Source: Ignavibacteriota bacterium (GTDB taxonomy: Bacteria > Bacteroidota > Ignavibacteria > UBA10030 > CAVZMI01). Taken from it: a stretch of 64,000 nucleotides of DNA. Numbering within the stretch: position 1 is the stretch's first letter; each line of letters opens with the position of its first letter. The notes under the pieces were generated by a model that had not been told where the DNA came from, searched no databases, and was given only the letters and a program-made list of their open reading frames with translations. The translations under genes and the position numbers were made by a program. Location: NCBI GenBank assembly GCA_963835935.1, contig CAWIHK010000005.1, positions 186,467 to 250,466 on the forward strand, read 5' to 3'. Shown piece after piece: positions 1 to 9,760 of this stretch.

Positions 1-2242
1 GCATCAAAGTAATATCGGCAGCCTCATTTGCAATATCCGTTCCGGTTCCGATCGCAATGCCGATGTCGGCTTGTGCCAGCGCCGGTGCATCATTGATTCC
101 ATCTCCGACCATTGCAACTATCTTTCCCTGGTTTTGTAGTTCTATAATTTTCTCCAACTTTTGATCCGGAAGAACTTCTGCAAACACTGTTGTGATTCCT
201 GCCTGATGCGCTATCGTTTGTGCAGCCAACTTATTATCACCAGTCATCATTACCACTTCTATCCCTGACTGCTGTAATTCTTGTACAGCCTGCAACGAGG
301 TGGGTCGAATTGCATCCGCAACAGCTATAACACCCGCAAGCGAACCGTCGATAGCAACATACATCACGGTCTTTCCTTCGCTCGCACACCGTTCGGTCTC
401 CGTATTTTCTTTAAGCGACACAGACCAGTCGTGCATCATTACTTCGTTGCCAACAATCACTGCATGTTCATCGATCACTGCGTTGACGCCGCGTCCTGGA
501 AATGTCATGAACGTGTTTGGTTCGAATAAAGGAATATTTTTTTGTCCCGCAAAATGTTTGATCGCAATACCGAACGGATGTTCCGAATGCCGTTCGACGC
601 TAGCTGCAAATTGGATTACATCATCTTTAGAATATTCATTAACCGCAATCACTTCCGTTACAACCGGCTTCCCTATTGTAATCGTTCCCGTTTTATCCAT
701 CACGATAGTTGTTATTGAACGAACCCGCTCCAAAATTTCTCCTCCCTTGATGAATATTCCACGTTCGGCACCATTCCCCGTTCCAACCATAATTGCTGTC
801 GGTGTAGCAAGGCCGAGCGCACACGGACAGGCAATTATCAGCACCGCAACAAAATGAATTAAGGCAGAAGCAAAAAGAGTTCCCGGAATAACAAAATACC
901 ACACGACAAAAGTAAGAATCGCGACACTGATGACGGATGGAACAAACACTGAAGCAATTTTATCGGCGAGCCGCTGAACAGGAGCTTTCGATCCCTGCGC
1001 TTGTTCGACCATGCGAATGATGTGCGCAAGAACCGTTCCTTCTCCAACTTTTGTTGCACGCATTTTGAAGCTTCCGGTTTTGTTCAATGTCGACCCGATG
1101 AGTGTTGCACCTTGACTTTTTTCAACCGGAACACTTTCTCCACTGATCATTGATTCGTCGATGACGGCATATCCCTCGATAAGTTCCCCATCCACCGGAA
1201 TTTTCTCGCCGGGTTTAACCAACAAGATATCTCCAACCACGACATCCTCAACAAGCACATCATTTTCCTTGTCATTAACGACACGATGAGCCATAGCCGG
1301 TCTGAGATCCATTAGTTTACGGATTGCTTCCGACGTTCTACCTTTCGCACGAGCTTCAAGTAATCTACCCATGAGAATAAGTGTAATAATAACTGCGGCA
1401 GTGTCGAAGTATACATCGCTGGAATAATTATTTCCGCCAAATGAATATGGGAAGAATGTTATCATCGTACTGAAGATAAATGCCGCCGATGTTCCGACCG
1501 CCACCAATGTATTCATATCGGCAGTTAACTGTTTCATCGTTTTATAGAAGCCGATGAAAAATCTTCTGCCGCTCACAACAACGACCGGCAACGTGAGTGC
1601 AAACAAAACGTAATTCATAACCGGATGCGGCATAAGATGAATCAAAAATTTCGATACACCCGGAACCCATTCCGACATCCCGAACATACTGATGAACACA
1701 ACTGGAATTGTGAGGATTAACGCCAACAGGAAATCACGTCTTAATTTTTTGTACTCTTCTTCATGAATATCCTGTTTCCGGTCGCGGTTGGTCATTGCAT
1801 AATCGATTACTAATGTGTAGCCACCTTCGTTAACCGCGTGTTTTAGTTGTGACACAGAAACCTGGCCCGGCGCACATTCAATGGTTGCTTTTTCCGAAGC
1901 TAAATTCACACTCGCCTGAATAACACCCGGAACTTGGCGAAGTAATTTTTCGACACGCGTCACGCAGCTTGCGCATGTCATTCCTTGTACTGTGTACGAT
2001 GCGTGTTCTAAAGGAACATCATACCCTAGATCGCGCACGGATGTAATGATGTTGGTGAGTGTTGATGTTTGTCCATCAAATTTTATCGATGCTTTTTCTG
2101 TTGCAAGATTGACTGATGCCTCGTGAACGCCTTCGATTTTCCCAAGGCCGTTCTGCACACGTTGAACGCAACTAGCGCATGTCATTCCTGAAATCGGGAG
2201 ATCGATATAACGCTCCCGTGATGTATTGATAGATTTATTCAT
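1..2242 (-). CDS. copA: Copper-translocating P1B-type ATPase (3' end outside window)
   Basis: Manual minus-strand translation: two N-terminal MTCASC metal-binding domains, ACPCALGLATP, DKTGT phosphorylation motif; ATG at 2242; runs off the left edge so absent from ORF track. Confidence 0.93.
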   Translation of the reverse strand, partial: MNKSINTSRERYIDLPISGMTCASCVQRVQNGLGKIEGVHEASVNLATEKASIKFDGQTSTLTNIITSVRDLGYDVPLEHASYTVQGMTCASCVTRVEKLLRQVPGVIQASVNLASEKATIECAPGQVSVSQLKHAVNEGGYTLVIDYAMTNRDRKQDIHEEEYKKLRRDFLLALILTIPVVFISMFGMSEWVPGVSKFLIHLMPHPVMNYVLFALTLPVVVVSGRRFFIGFYKTMKQLTADMNTLVAVGTSAAFIFSTMITFFPYSFGGNNYSSDVYFDTAAVIITLILMGRLLEARAKGRTSEAIRKLMDLRPAMAHRVVNDKENDVLVEDVVVGDILLVKPGEKIPVDGELIEGYAVIDESMISGESVPVEKSQGATLIGSTLNKTGSFKMRATKVGEGTVLAHIIRMVEQAQGSKAPVQRLADKIASVFVPSVISVAILTFVVWYFVIPGTLFASALIHFVAVLIIACPCALGLATPTAIMVGTGNGAERGIFIKGGEILERVRSITTIVMDKTGTITIGKPVVTEVIAVNEYSKDDVIQFAASVERHSEHPFGIAIKHFAGQKNIPLFEPNTFMTFPGRGVNAVIDEHAVIVGNEVMMHDWSVSLKENTETERCASEGKTVMYVAIDGSLAGVIAVADAIRPTSLQAVQELQQSGIEVVMMTGDNKLAAQTIAHQAGITTVFAEVLPDQKLEKIIELQNQGKIVAMVGDGINDAPALAQADIGIAIGTGTDIANEAADITLM

Positions 2243-2254
2243 TGTTGAACGCAA

Positions 2255-2458
2255 TCACTCGACCGGTTGATAACCGGCATTTCTGATGGCTTCTTCAATT
2301 TGCTTGCGATCGAGTTTTGAGTCGTCAAAGTCAATGGTTGCTTTTCCAACTTGAACCTTTGTTGTTAAAACTCCGGGAAGTTTATTGATTTCCCGGTCAA
2401 CAGCCATAGCACAATGATTGCACGACATACCTTTAATTGTAATTTCTATGGTTTTCAT
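2255..2458 (-). CDS. copZ: Copper chaperone (HMA domain)
   Basis: 67 aa, GMSCNHC motif, directly upstream of copA. Confidence 0.9.
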   Translation of the reverse strand: MKTIEITIKGMSCNHCAMAVDREINKLPGVLTTKVQVGKATIDFDDSKLDRKQIEEAIRNAGYQPVE

Positions 2459-2765
2459 ATTACCTCATCTATCGATGTACAGATTCTCTTATTAATTTGA
2501 TGCAATGTATCATCCGAACGGTTCACAAAATCAAGAACAACAATCGAATCTCTTTGGTTCGCACTGAGAAAATCAATCAAATTATTAGCAAAATAAAATT
2601 CTTCTTTGTGCTCTTCATAAAAAGCTATTTAACCTTTGAGTACTTTGTGGTTAACCACAAAGAACACGAAGTGAACTGGCAATCGATGAAGGTCACAAAG
2701 GTTTTTCAGCACTAATTTATTAGTTCTAACGTAATAACAACTGTGTATGTAGTTGATATCCATCC

Positions 2766-3971
2766 TTATTGTTTTTTGAATTTATTCTGCAACACTGCGG
2801 TTTTCCCTTTCGTGATAATCTGATAACCATACTTCGCCCGAATATCATCCATCGTTTTTCTCAGGATCGCCAGCTTGGTCGATTGATTCGCAAAGAGATT
2901 AGTTTGCGATGATGCCGGATTAAAATGCGAGAGATTCACACTTACAAGCCTCACCTTTTTGTCGTTCCGCCATAGTCGTTGAAATATATTTTGCACATCG
3001 ATAAATAATTCTTCTTCGATATTGGAAGGCTCGTTCCTCGATTGCTGACTTTGTTGCTGCGAGAAATCCTGGAACCTCACAGTCACGGCGACCGTAGCCG
3101 CCGCAAAAGATTTATTCCTGAGTGTTTTACAGCACTTCTCAGTCAGATAAAAAAGAACCGACTCGATAAACTCCCGATCATCCGTATCTGTAGAAAATGT
3201 TGTAGCTCTTGAAATAGATTTTTCTTCCTGAGGGCCGTGCAGTATTCTGTCGTCGATTCCATTAGCATAGTCATGCAGTTGTTGTCCCATCGCACCAAAC
3301 ATTTCGACGATTTGGTCAACCGGAAGTCTCGCAAGCGTTCCAATTGTACGAATTCCAAGCGACTGCATTTTTTTTAGCGTTTGTTTCCCTACTCCCGGAA
3401 GCCGTTCAACCGGCAGCGGCGTAAGAAATTCAGCTTCACCTCCATCGGCAACGACTGTGAGGCCGTCCGGCTTCTCGAGATCACACGCGATCTTGGCGCA
3501 AACTTTATTTGATGCGATTCCTACAGAAAGTGTTAAACCTAATTCTTTTTTAATGCGATCCTTCATTGCACGTGCCATCGCAACCGGATCGTTATTCCAA
3601 AAATGGAGACATTCAGTTACATCGAGATATGCTTCATCGAGACTAACCTGTTGAATATCGGGAGTAAAGTCGTTCACCAATGTGAAAACTTTTTCCGAGT
3701 ATTCACCGTACAATTTAAAGTTACCCCTCAGAAAAATCGCGTCCGTTCCCTGCAATAATCGAGCTGCTGTTCGAAGAGGCATTGCAGTCTTAACGCCATA
3801 TTTTCTCGCCATGTAATTCGGACAGGAAACAACGCCCCGTTCCGATGCATTTCCACCGATGCATACAGGTTTATCCTTCAACGCCGGATTCACGGCTTCT
3901 TCTACGGAAGCAAAAAATGCATCCAGATCGACAAGAAAAATTACACGCGTTGATTTTTTCCCCGCTGACAT
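2766..3971 (-). CDS. dinB: DNA polymerase IV (Y family)
   Basis: DLDAFFASVE, SLDEAYLD, SVGIASNKVCAKIA motifs. Confidence 0.95.
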   Translation of the reverse strand: MSAGKKSTRVIFLVDLDAFFASVEEAVNPALKDKPVCIGGNASERGVVSCPNYMARKYGVKTAMPLRTAARLLQGTDAIFLRGNFKLYGEYSEKVFTLVNDFTPDIQQVSLDEAYLDVTECLHFWNNDPVAMARAMKDRIKKELGLTLSVGIASNKVCAKIACDLEKPDGLTVVADGGEAEFLTPLPVERLPGVGKQTLKKMQSLGIRTIGTLARLPVDQIVEMFGAMGQQLHDYANGIDDRILHGPQEEKSISRATTFSTDTDDREFIESVLFYLTEKCCKTLRNKSFAAATVAVTVRFQDFSQQQSQQSRNEPSNIEEELFIDVQNIFQRLWRNDKKVRLVSVNLSHFNPASSQTNLFANQSTKLAILRKTMDDIRAKYGYQIITKGKTAVLQNKFKKQ

Positions 3972-4120
3972 GGTTTAATATACAAACTCTTCAATAAATC
4001 TAAAATAATTATATACTTCCAACAACAGAACTTGACTTTCACTTTCTTATGCTGTAGCTTTATGCCAAAATTCCTTCCACAATTACTGACGATTGCATTG
4101 ATTTCGACAAGGAGGATTCG

Positions 4121-4693
4121 ATGGTTTTCGCTCAGGACGTAAAAGAAGGCATGGCGCTTAAAATCGACGAGAAACTTTTCAAAGTTCTTGAAGTTATACG
4201 CCATGCAGGCTCCGGACAAATGCACGGTTTTATCGAACTAAAACTCAAAGACATCCGCTTCGGACATTTTGCCGATCTTCGATTCAAACACACCGACAAA
4301 CTCGAATATGTCGATCTCACAAAAAAACAAATGGATTTTCTCTATTCCGATACTGAGAATTGCTACTTCATGGATCCACAGACATTCGAGCAGGTAGGTT
4401 TACCGAGAAAAGCAGTCGGCCATCTCGAAAATTTTATCACTGAAGGAATGAAAATAGCCGTTGAACTTCTCGGTGATGAAGCGATTGCTATTCAATTTCC
4501 AAGAGTGATCGAAATAAAAATCGGATCGACCGGAATCGGAATGCACGGAGGGCAGGACAACACCTTGAAATCCGCAACACTGGAAAATGGGTTGGAAATT
4601 CTTGTCCCTCAATTCGTGGAGACGGGAGACATGGTTCGAATCGATACCGAACGATTAAAATATGTTGACCGGGTGGGTGTGAAGAGAATGTAA
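4121..4693 (+). CDS. efp: Elongation factor P family protein with atypical loop (likely paralog)
   Basis: 190 aa; C-terminal ATLENGLEILVPQFVETGDMVRIDT matches EF-P; tip loop reads AGSG rather than PGKG. Confidence 0.85.
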   Translation: MVFAQDVKEGMALKIDEKLFKVLEVIRHAGSGQMHGFIELKLKDIRFGHFADLRFKHTDKLEYVDLTKKQMDFLYSDTENCYFMDPQTFEQVGLPRKAVGHLENFITEGMKIAVELLGDEAIAIQFPRVIEIKIGSTGIGMHGGQDNTLKSATLENGLEILVPQFVETGDMVRIDTERLKYVDRVGVKRM

Positions 4694-4724
4694 TAATAAT
4701 TTTCGTCATTTTGTTTGTGTGAAA

Positions 4725-5300
4725 TCAAGAACGCAAACTTGCTAATATTTCTTCCGTCTTTCTCACCAATCCAATGCGTGGAAATATTTTTGTTATCGCA
4801 AATGTATGCTCTTCTCCTGATCTAGCAGACATTGCATCTTCTGCGAAAATTTGATTGTACCCGTATTCGTAAGCAAACCGTGCGGTACTCTCGACGCCGA
4901 AATTAGTTGCTATGCCGCACAAGACCATGGTGGTTATGCCGCGTCTTCTGAATTCCAAGTCAAGCTCAGTGCCGTAGAAAGCGCCCCATTGATGTTTGGT
5001 GATCAGGAAATCACCTTTCTTCGGCCCAAGCTCTGGAACAATTTCTGCCCAGTCAGGCTGAGGAGCCGGCCGTTGCATTACTGAATCCGCAATAGGATGC
5101 AACGCATCTTTCCCGTCCGGCGATGGAGTTACACGAACCAAAAAAACCGGCATCAAATATTCTCTGAATGCTTCAGCAATCGCCGCCGCATTTTTTATTA
5201 CCAGCGAAGACGGATGTGGAGCAGTTTGCCGACCTGCAATACCTTTTTGAAGATCGATAACGACAAGCGCAGTTTTTGATTTATCGATGATTGTATCCAT
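4725..5300 (-). CDS. Isochorismatase-family cysteine hydrolase
   Basis: VIDLQ, KHQWGAF, GIATNFGVEST motifs; start moved to ATG 5300 behind GGAGG. Confidence 0.88.
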   Translation of the reverse strand: MDTIIDKSKTALVVIDLQKGIAGRQTAPHPSSLVIKNAAAIAEAFREYLMPVFLVRVTPSPDGKDALHPIADSVMQRPAPQPDWAEIVPELGPKKGDFLITKHQWGAFYGTELDLEFRRRGITTMVLCGIATNFGVESTARFAYEYGYNQIFAEDAMSARSGEEHTFAITKIFPRIGLVRKTEEILASLRS

Positions 5301-5498
5301 GAAAATTATTCCTCCATCGTGTATGACCGTGACATGAGTATAACAAAACCGTTTAAACAAATCAAGTAATTGATCAAATGAAGGAATTAATGGAGAACAG
5401 ATTGGAGAGAATTAGCAATCTTAAAAACCTCTATACCTATTTCATTTCTTCCTTCCAATATTTATTGCAACTCCCGTTCAGATTAACTATATTTTTTT

Positions 5499-6329
5499 GT
5501 GTTTCAACCTAGAAAAAACCTCGGACAAAATTTTCTTATCGATCCCAATATCGCGCGAAAAATAGTCGAGGCGATGAAGGTATCGCCGAACGACATCGTC
5601 GTGGAGATCGGGCCCGGGAAGGGAGTGCTGACGTCGCTCCTGCTTCCTCTTGTAAAACATTTATATGCCGTAGAGATAGACGAACGGGCGGTGGAATATT
5701 TAAATCAATTGTTCAATCGACATAAAAAATTGACGATCATCCACAACGATATACTCAATGTCGATCTTCAATCGATCGCCAACGAGCACCACGCTCAATT
5801 ACGCATCATTGGAAACATTCCATATTATATAACCACACCGATTTTGTTTCGTTTGTTCGACCAGCGGCCTGCTATTTCAGACATTCAAATGATGATGCAG
5901 AAGGAAGTCGCCCGCCGGTTGGTTGCAAAACCTTCAACGAAAGATTATGGAATCCTTGCGGTGGTGACTCAATTTTACGGAACGCCGGAGCTGTTATTTT
6001 CCGTCTCGCCGAATGCCTTTTACCCGAAACCGAATGTTACTTCGGCAATCATGCGTCTGACATTAAACAAGGAAACCGGATGTTCTCCGGATGAAGAAAA
6101 AATGTTCCGCCGAATTGTGCGCGCTACGTTCGGTAAACGGAGGAAAATGCTTCGTTCGAGTTTAAAATCTTCACGCATCAGCGATGATATAATCAATTCG
6201 CTCACTTTCGATATTCAGAAACGCCCGGAAGAATTAACTCCGGATGATTTTCTTTCTCTAATCCGGGAATTACGACAACATGATGCTATAATGTCCGAAC
6301 TCAACAATAATATCGATGAACTTGAATAA
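5499..6329 (+). CDS. rsmA: 16S rRNA (adenine1518/1519) dimethyltransferase
   Basis: LGQNFL, EIGPGKG, GNIPYYIT, MMQKEVA, FYPKPNV motifs. Confidence 0.96.
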   Translation: MFQPRKNLGQNFLIDPNIARKIVEAMKVSPNDIVVEIGPGKGVLTSLLLPLVKHLYAVEIDERAVEYLNQLFNRHKKLTIIHNDILNVDLQSIANEHHAQLRIIGNIPYYITTPILFRLFDQRPAISDIQMMMQKEVARRLVAKPSTKDYGILAVVTQFYGTPELLFSVSPNAFYPKPNVTSAIMRLTLNKETGCSPDEEKMFRRIVRATFGKRRKMLRSSLKSSRISDDIINSLTFDIQKRPEELTPDDFLSLIRELRQHDAIMSELNNNIDELE

Positions 6330-6385
6330 AAATAAATCCATGTTACTCAAAAACTTGAAATGCACAATTCTGAAATCAAAAAAGT

Positions 6386-7333
6386 ATGAATAAAACTTTT
6401 CGACGCAATCTTGCATTATTAAATCCGGCTGACGTAGTGACGATTATTTTTCTGTCTATACTTACGATCGTCAACATTGCGTTCGCATCACGAATTTCGG
6501 TATGGTGGATTCTAACAATCATTAACTACGTTGCCAGCGTATGCATTTTCTGGTTTGCTTATAAAGACAACAGCGGACACCGTTTATTCCACCTCTTTCA
6601 TATGTGGTACGCACTGGCGATAATTTTATTAGTGTTTAAAGAAATCTATTTCATGAACAGAGCAATCCACAACTGGAATGATTATGACGAATTTCTAATA
6701 CAAATCGACCGGTGGATATTCGGCGTGAATCCGACACAATGGATTGGGCAATTCGCGAATCCGGTTCTGACGGAGATTCTACAAATTGCTTATGCTTCGT
6801 ACTATTTTCTTTTTATTTATCTAGGATATGAACTCTTTCGCACAAAACGGCTGGCGGAATTTTCGACAACGTTATTCTTCATCTTCTACGGTTTTTATCT
6901 TTCATACATCGGTTATCTTTTACTTCCTTCAGTCGGGCCGCGATTTACACTCCACAATTTTCAAACGATGAATACCGATCTGCCGGGAATATTCTTTACG
7001 AATTTTCTTCGTGCGTTCGTCAACACCGGAGAGTCGATACCGTTCAGCGTTTCCAATCCGATCAACTTTGTTCAACGCGATGTCTTCCCCAGCGGGCATA
7101 CGCAACTGACGCTTGTCGTGATGTATCTCTCTTTAAAATTCCGGATACGATTTCGGTGGATGGTGATTGTTCTCGGAAGTTTGTTGATTATTTCGACAGT
7201 CTACGAACGATATCATTATGTCGTGGATGTATTTGGCGGGATAATATTTTGGGGTATTACGATCTGGACGGCGCCAAAATTAATTAATTATTGGAATACG
7301 ATTCGCAACCGCCTGCAGCAATCAAGCGAATAA
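6386..7333 (+). CDS. PAP2-family membrane phosphatase / phosphotransferase
   Basis: Multiple TM helices, FPSGH and ERYHYVVDV motifs. Confidence 0.85.
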   Translation: MNKTFRRNLALLNPADVVTIIFLSILTIVNIAFASRISVWWILTIINYVASVCIFWFAYKDNSGHRLFHLFHMWYALAIILLVFKEIYFMNRAIHNWNDYDEFLIQIDRWIFGVNPTQWIGQFANPVLTEILQIAYASYYFLFIYLGYELFRTKRLAEFSTTLFFIFYGFYLSYIGYLLLPSVGPRFTLHNFQTMNTDLPGIFFTNFLRAFVNTGESIPFSVSNPINFVQRDVFPSGHTQLTLVVMYLSLKFRIRFRWMVIVLGSLLIISTVYERYHYVVDVFGGIIFWGITIWTAPKLINYWNTIRNRLQQSSE

Positions 7334-7477
7334 AAAAGTGCGGAAACCGGACCGGCTCCATAAACATCAACGCATGTTCACACGTGATGGCCTTCAATCC
7401 TTGTTCATGAGCGATCTCCTGACCACGATCCGATTCCGCACCTTGTTCAATCAACACACAAAAAATTTGTTTCAGTT

Positions 7478-8092
7478 CTATTTTATCCTTTTATAAATTG
7501 TGAATTGATGATCGATCGGAAGAGCGATTGTCCATTCTCCAGGTTTTAATTTCGATATTGCGTCCCACAACTCCGGCCGGAAATCACCAACGTTGACTTT
7601 CCCAATATATCCCCCATCTTTTGCAGTTGCAGTCAGCGAATATTCTTTCGCGAGAGTTTCGAAATCTGTACCCTTCTTCAACTCCTGCAGAATCGAATCT
7701 GCCAATGAAGCACTCGATACCACTATTTCCGACAGATCGTATGATAAGAGTGATTGGAATTGAATTGTAATTTTTTGGGAAATCCAAATTCCAATTGCTT
7801 TCCCTCCCGATTCAGCCGGATAATATTTCCAACGAAAAAGTGAATTCTTGATAGTGTCGTCCAACGCGCTTAAACCGGTACTCTCCGGCAGTTCTATCTT
7901 GCTCACATCGCCGCGAACGTTGATGTACAACATAACAGGAACCGTAATTTCCTTTTTCTTTAAATCGATTCCCGGATAATAAATCGCGCTCGAACTTTTC
8001 AATACCGGATAAACATCCGGTTGAGTCACTTCCGTCTGGACGGCACATCCGGCTATGATGATGCAAGCAAACAAAATAATAATAAATCGCAT
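7478..8092 (-). CDS. Lipoprotein: TonB C-terminal domain fused to parvulin (PpiC)-like domain
   Basis: Lipobox IAGC; INVRGDV...S..WKYYPA...G TonB_C pattern; FETLAKEYS...GGYIG...KLKPGE parvulin pattern. Confidence 0.7.
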   Translation of the reverse strand: MRFIIILFACIIIAGCAVQTEVTQPDVYPVLKSSSAIYYPGIDLKKKEITVPVMLYINVRGDVSKIELPESTGLSALDDTIKNSLFRWKYYPAESGGKAIGIWISQKITIQFQSLLSYDLSEIVVSSASLADSILQELKKGTDFETLAKEYSLTATAKDGGYIGKVNVGDFRPELWDAISKLKPGEWTIALPIDHQFTIYKRIK

Positions 8093-8094
8093 TC

Positions 8095-9126
8095 TTAACG
8101 TACCTCTGCCTGTGCTGGTTTCCTCGAATAATGAATCGTATTCCGGCCGGATCGTTGTGCTTCAATCACTGCATTCTTTCCGCTCACCATTAACGACCGC
8201 ATATCGGAACCATCGTGCGGATGCATTGCGATTCCGATGCTTATTGTTGTTCGAAACTCTTTTTCGGTAAACGCAGTTTGTTCGATCGACGCACGCAATC
8301 TTTCAGCTGCGTCAAGTATGACAGCAATCGGTGTGTTTGGATACAGTATCACAAATTCATCCGGACCAAACCTGCCTCCGATATCAATTGGACGAAGCAA
8401 GCGTTGTATCAAAGCGCCTAACTCTTTTATAAATCGTGACGAAGAATCCGTGCCATAAGTATTGATAATGTCTTTGTAATTATCAATATCGATAAATAAA
8501 ATACCCATTGTTTCATTGAAACGCAACGCTCGTTCGAGCACTTCTTGCAGCCGTTCGACGAAAAAGTTATATTTCACCAATCCCGATTCGCGGTCGACAC
8601 GTTCGAGCCGCGACACTTCATCATATAGCGTTGTTCGATCGAGTGCGATAGCTGCCAACTGAGCAAACGTAACGATCATCGGAATGTCTTCCTGCCCAAA
8701 TGCATAAGGATATGCGTTATCAAGATGAAGATAACCGAGCGACCGATGATTGATACTCAATGGAACACACACGCACGAAGCGAATGCATTCTCGAGTTTT
8801 AGTTCCTCGGCTTTTTCAGGTTCTGCCGAAGACTCCGGAAGCATAATCGTTCGGCCGGTCCAAATCAAATCGGCAATCAATCCAAGACTAATCGTACGGC
8901 GAAATTGTTTTGCGAATGTCAGAGAGATCCCGCAGGCATTCGCAATTTGGAGATATTCCGTTTTAGGATGGATAGTGATGATAGCGCCTGTTTGGCATCG
9001 GTACATACGAACAAGCCTGTCGACGACAAGATGAAAAACACGTTCTGGTTGGTTTGTTGAAGCAAGTGTGGAAGTGATTTCAGAGATATAACGCAGCCCA
9101 CGCTCCGTAAGATTTTCACTTACCAT
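8095..9126 (-). CDS. GAF-GGDEF protein (diguanylate cyclase-like, GPDEF variant)
   Basis: GAF (CVPLSINHRSLGYL), DIDNYK, RFGPDEF, TISIGIA; start placed at ATG 9126 behind AAGGAGG. Confidence 0.85.
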   Translation of the reverse strand: MVSENLTERGLRYISEITSTLASTNQPERVFHLVVDRLVRMYRCQTGAIITIHPKTEYLQIANACGISLTFAKQFRRTISLGLIADLIWTGRTIMLPESSAEPEKAEELKLENAFASCVCVPLSINHRSLGYLHLDNAYPYAFGQEDIPMIVTFAQLAAIALDRTTLYDEVSRLERVDRESGLVKYNFFVERLQEVLERALRFNETMGILFIDIDNYKDIINTYGTDSSSRFIKELGALIQRLLRPIDIGGRFGPDEFVILYPNTPIAVILDAAERLRASIEQTAFTEKEFRTTISIGIAMHPHDGSDMRSLMVSGKNAVIEAQRSGRNTIHYSRKPAQAEVR

Positions 9127-9167
9127 AGGAACCCCTCCTTTCACGACAACTTCGTGAGATTGAGAGA

Positions 9168-9533
9168 TTAACCTGCGCAGTCTACACACACCTCGCGTAA
9201 AGGATGAGTCGATAACGTCTTCCGATCAATCGGCTTCCCGCAAACAATGCAACACACAACCGAGCCCTTCGAAATGCGATTGAGCCGTTGTTCGAGTTCA
9301 AGAAGTTCGGTCCCTTGTTTGATCCTGTTGCGGCATATAAAACCTGCGTGTTTCCTGCACGGTTTTTTCTCTGCCTGACATACTGAACAGATAACTTCCT
9401 CGCCCGTCTTAGGATCGAGTATACAAATTTCTTCCTCCTTAACAGCATCGAGGACTTTCGACATCTTTCGGACTATTTTCTTCTGTACAGCTGATTTATG
9501 TACAGTAGACTTCTTCTTTTTATTCTTATTCAT
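9168..9533 (-). CDS. TraR/DksA C4 zinc-finger protein
   Basis: C-terminal CIVCGKPI...VCVDC; basic N-terminus; start uncertain (9533-9545). Confidence 0.65.
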   Translation of the reverse strand: MNKNKKKKSTVHKSAVQKKIVRKMSKVLDAVKEEEICILDPKTGEEVICSVCQAEKKPCRKHAGFICRNRIKQGTELLELEQRLNRISKGSVVCCIVCGKPIDRKTLSTHPLREVCVDCAG

Positions 9534-9760
9534 CACTATTATCAATTGGTTCGCGTGTAATCAAGATAACACACCACTCCTCACTCTGGTTCCTTTAGAG
9601 ATCCATTCTGCAAGTAAAATTGAAGAGTAATTTTCCCTCAGAATGTACGACCTCTTTGAGCGATTGTCAAGCGGGGCTGTTAATTCAGAGATTGTTGTGA
9701 AATAATGATAATTCCAGAAAAATCACTATTCTGTCCTTCAAAATCGGGATAAACCGAGAA

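Noticed and set aside
281-1059. Short ORFs listed in the track (including the 185-aa one)
   Set aside because: Shadows of copA, which runs off the window edge.
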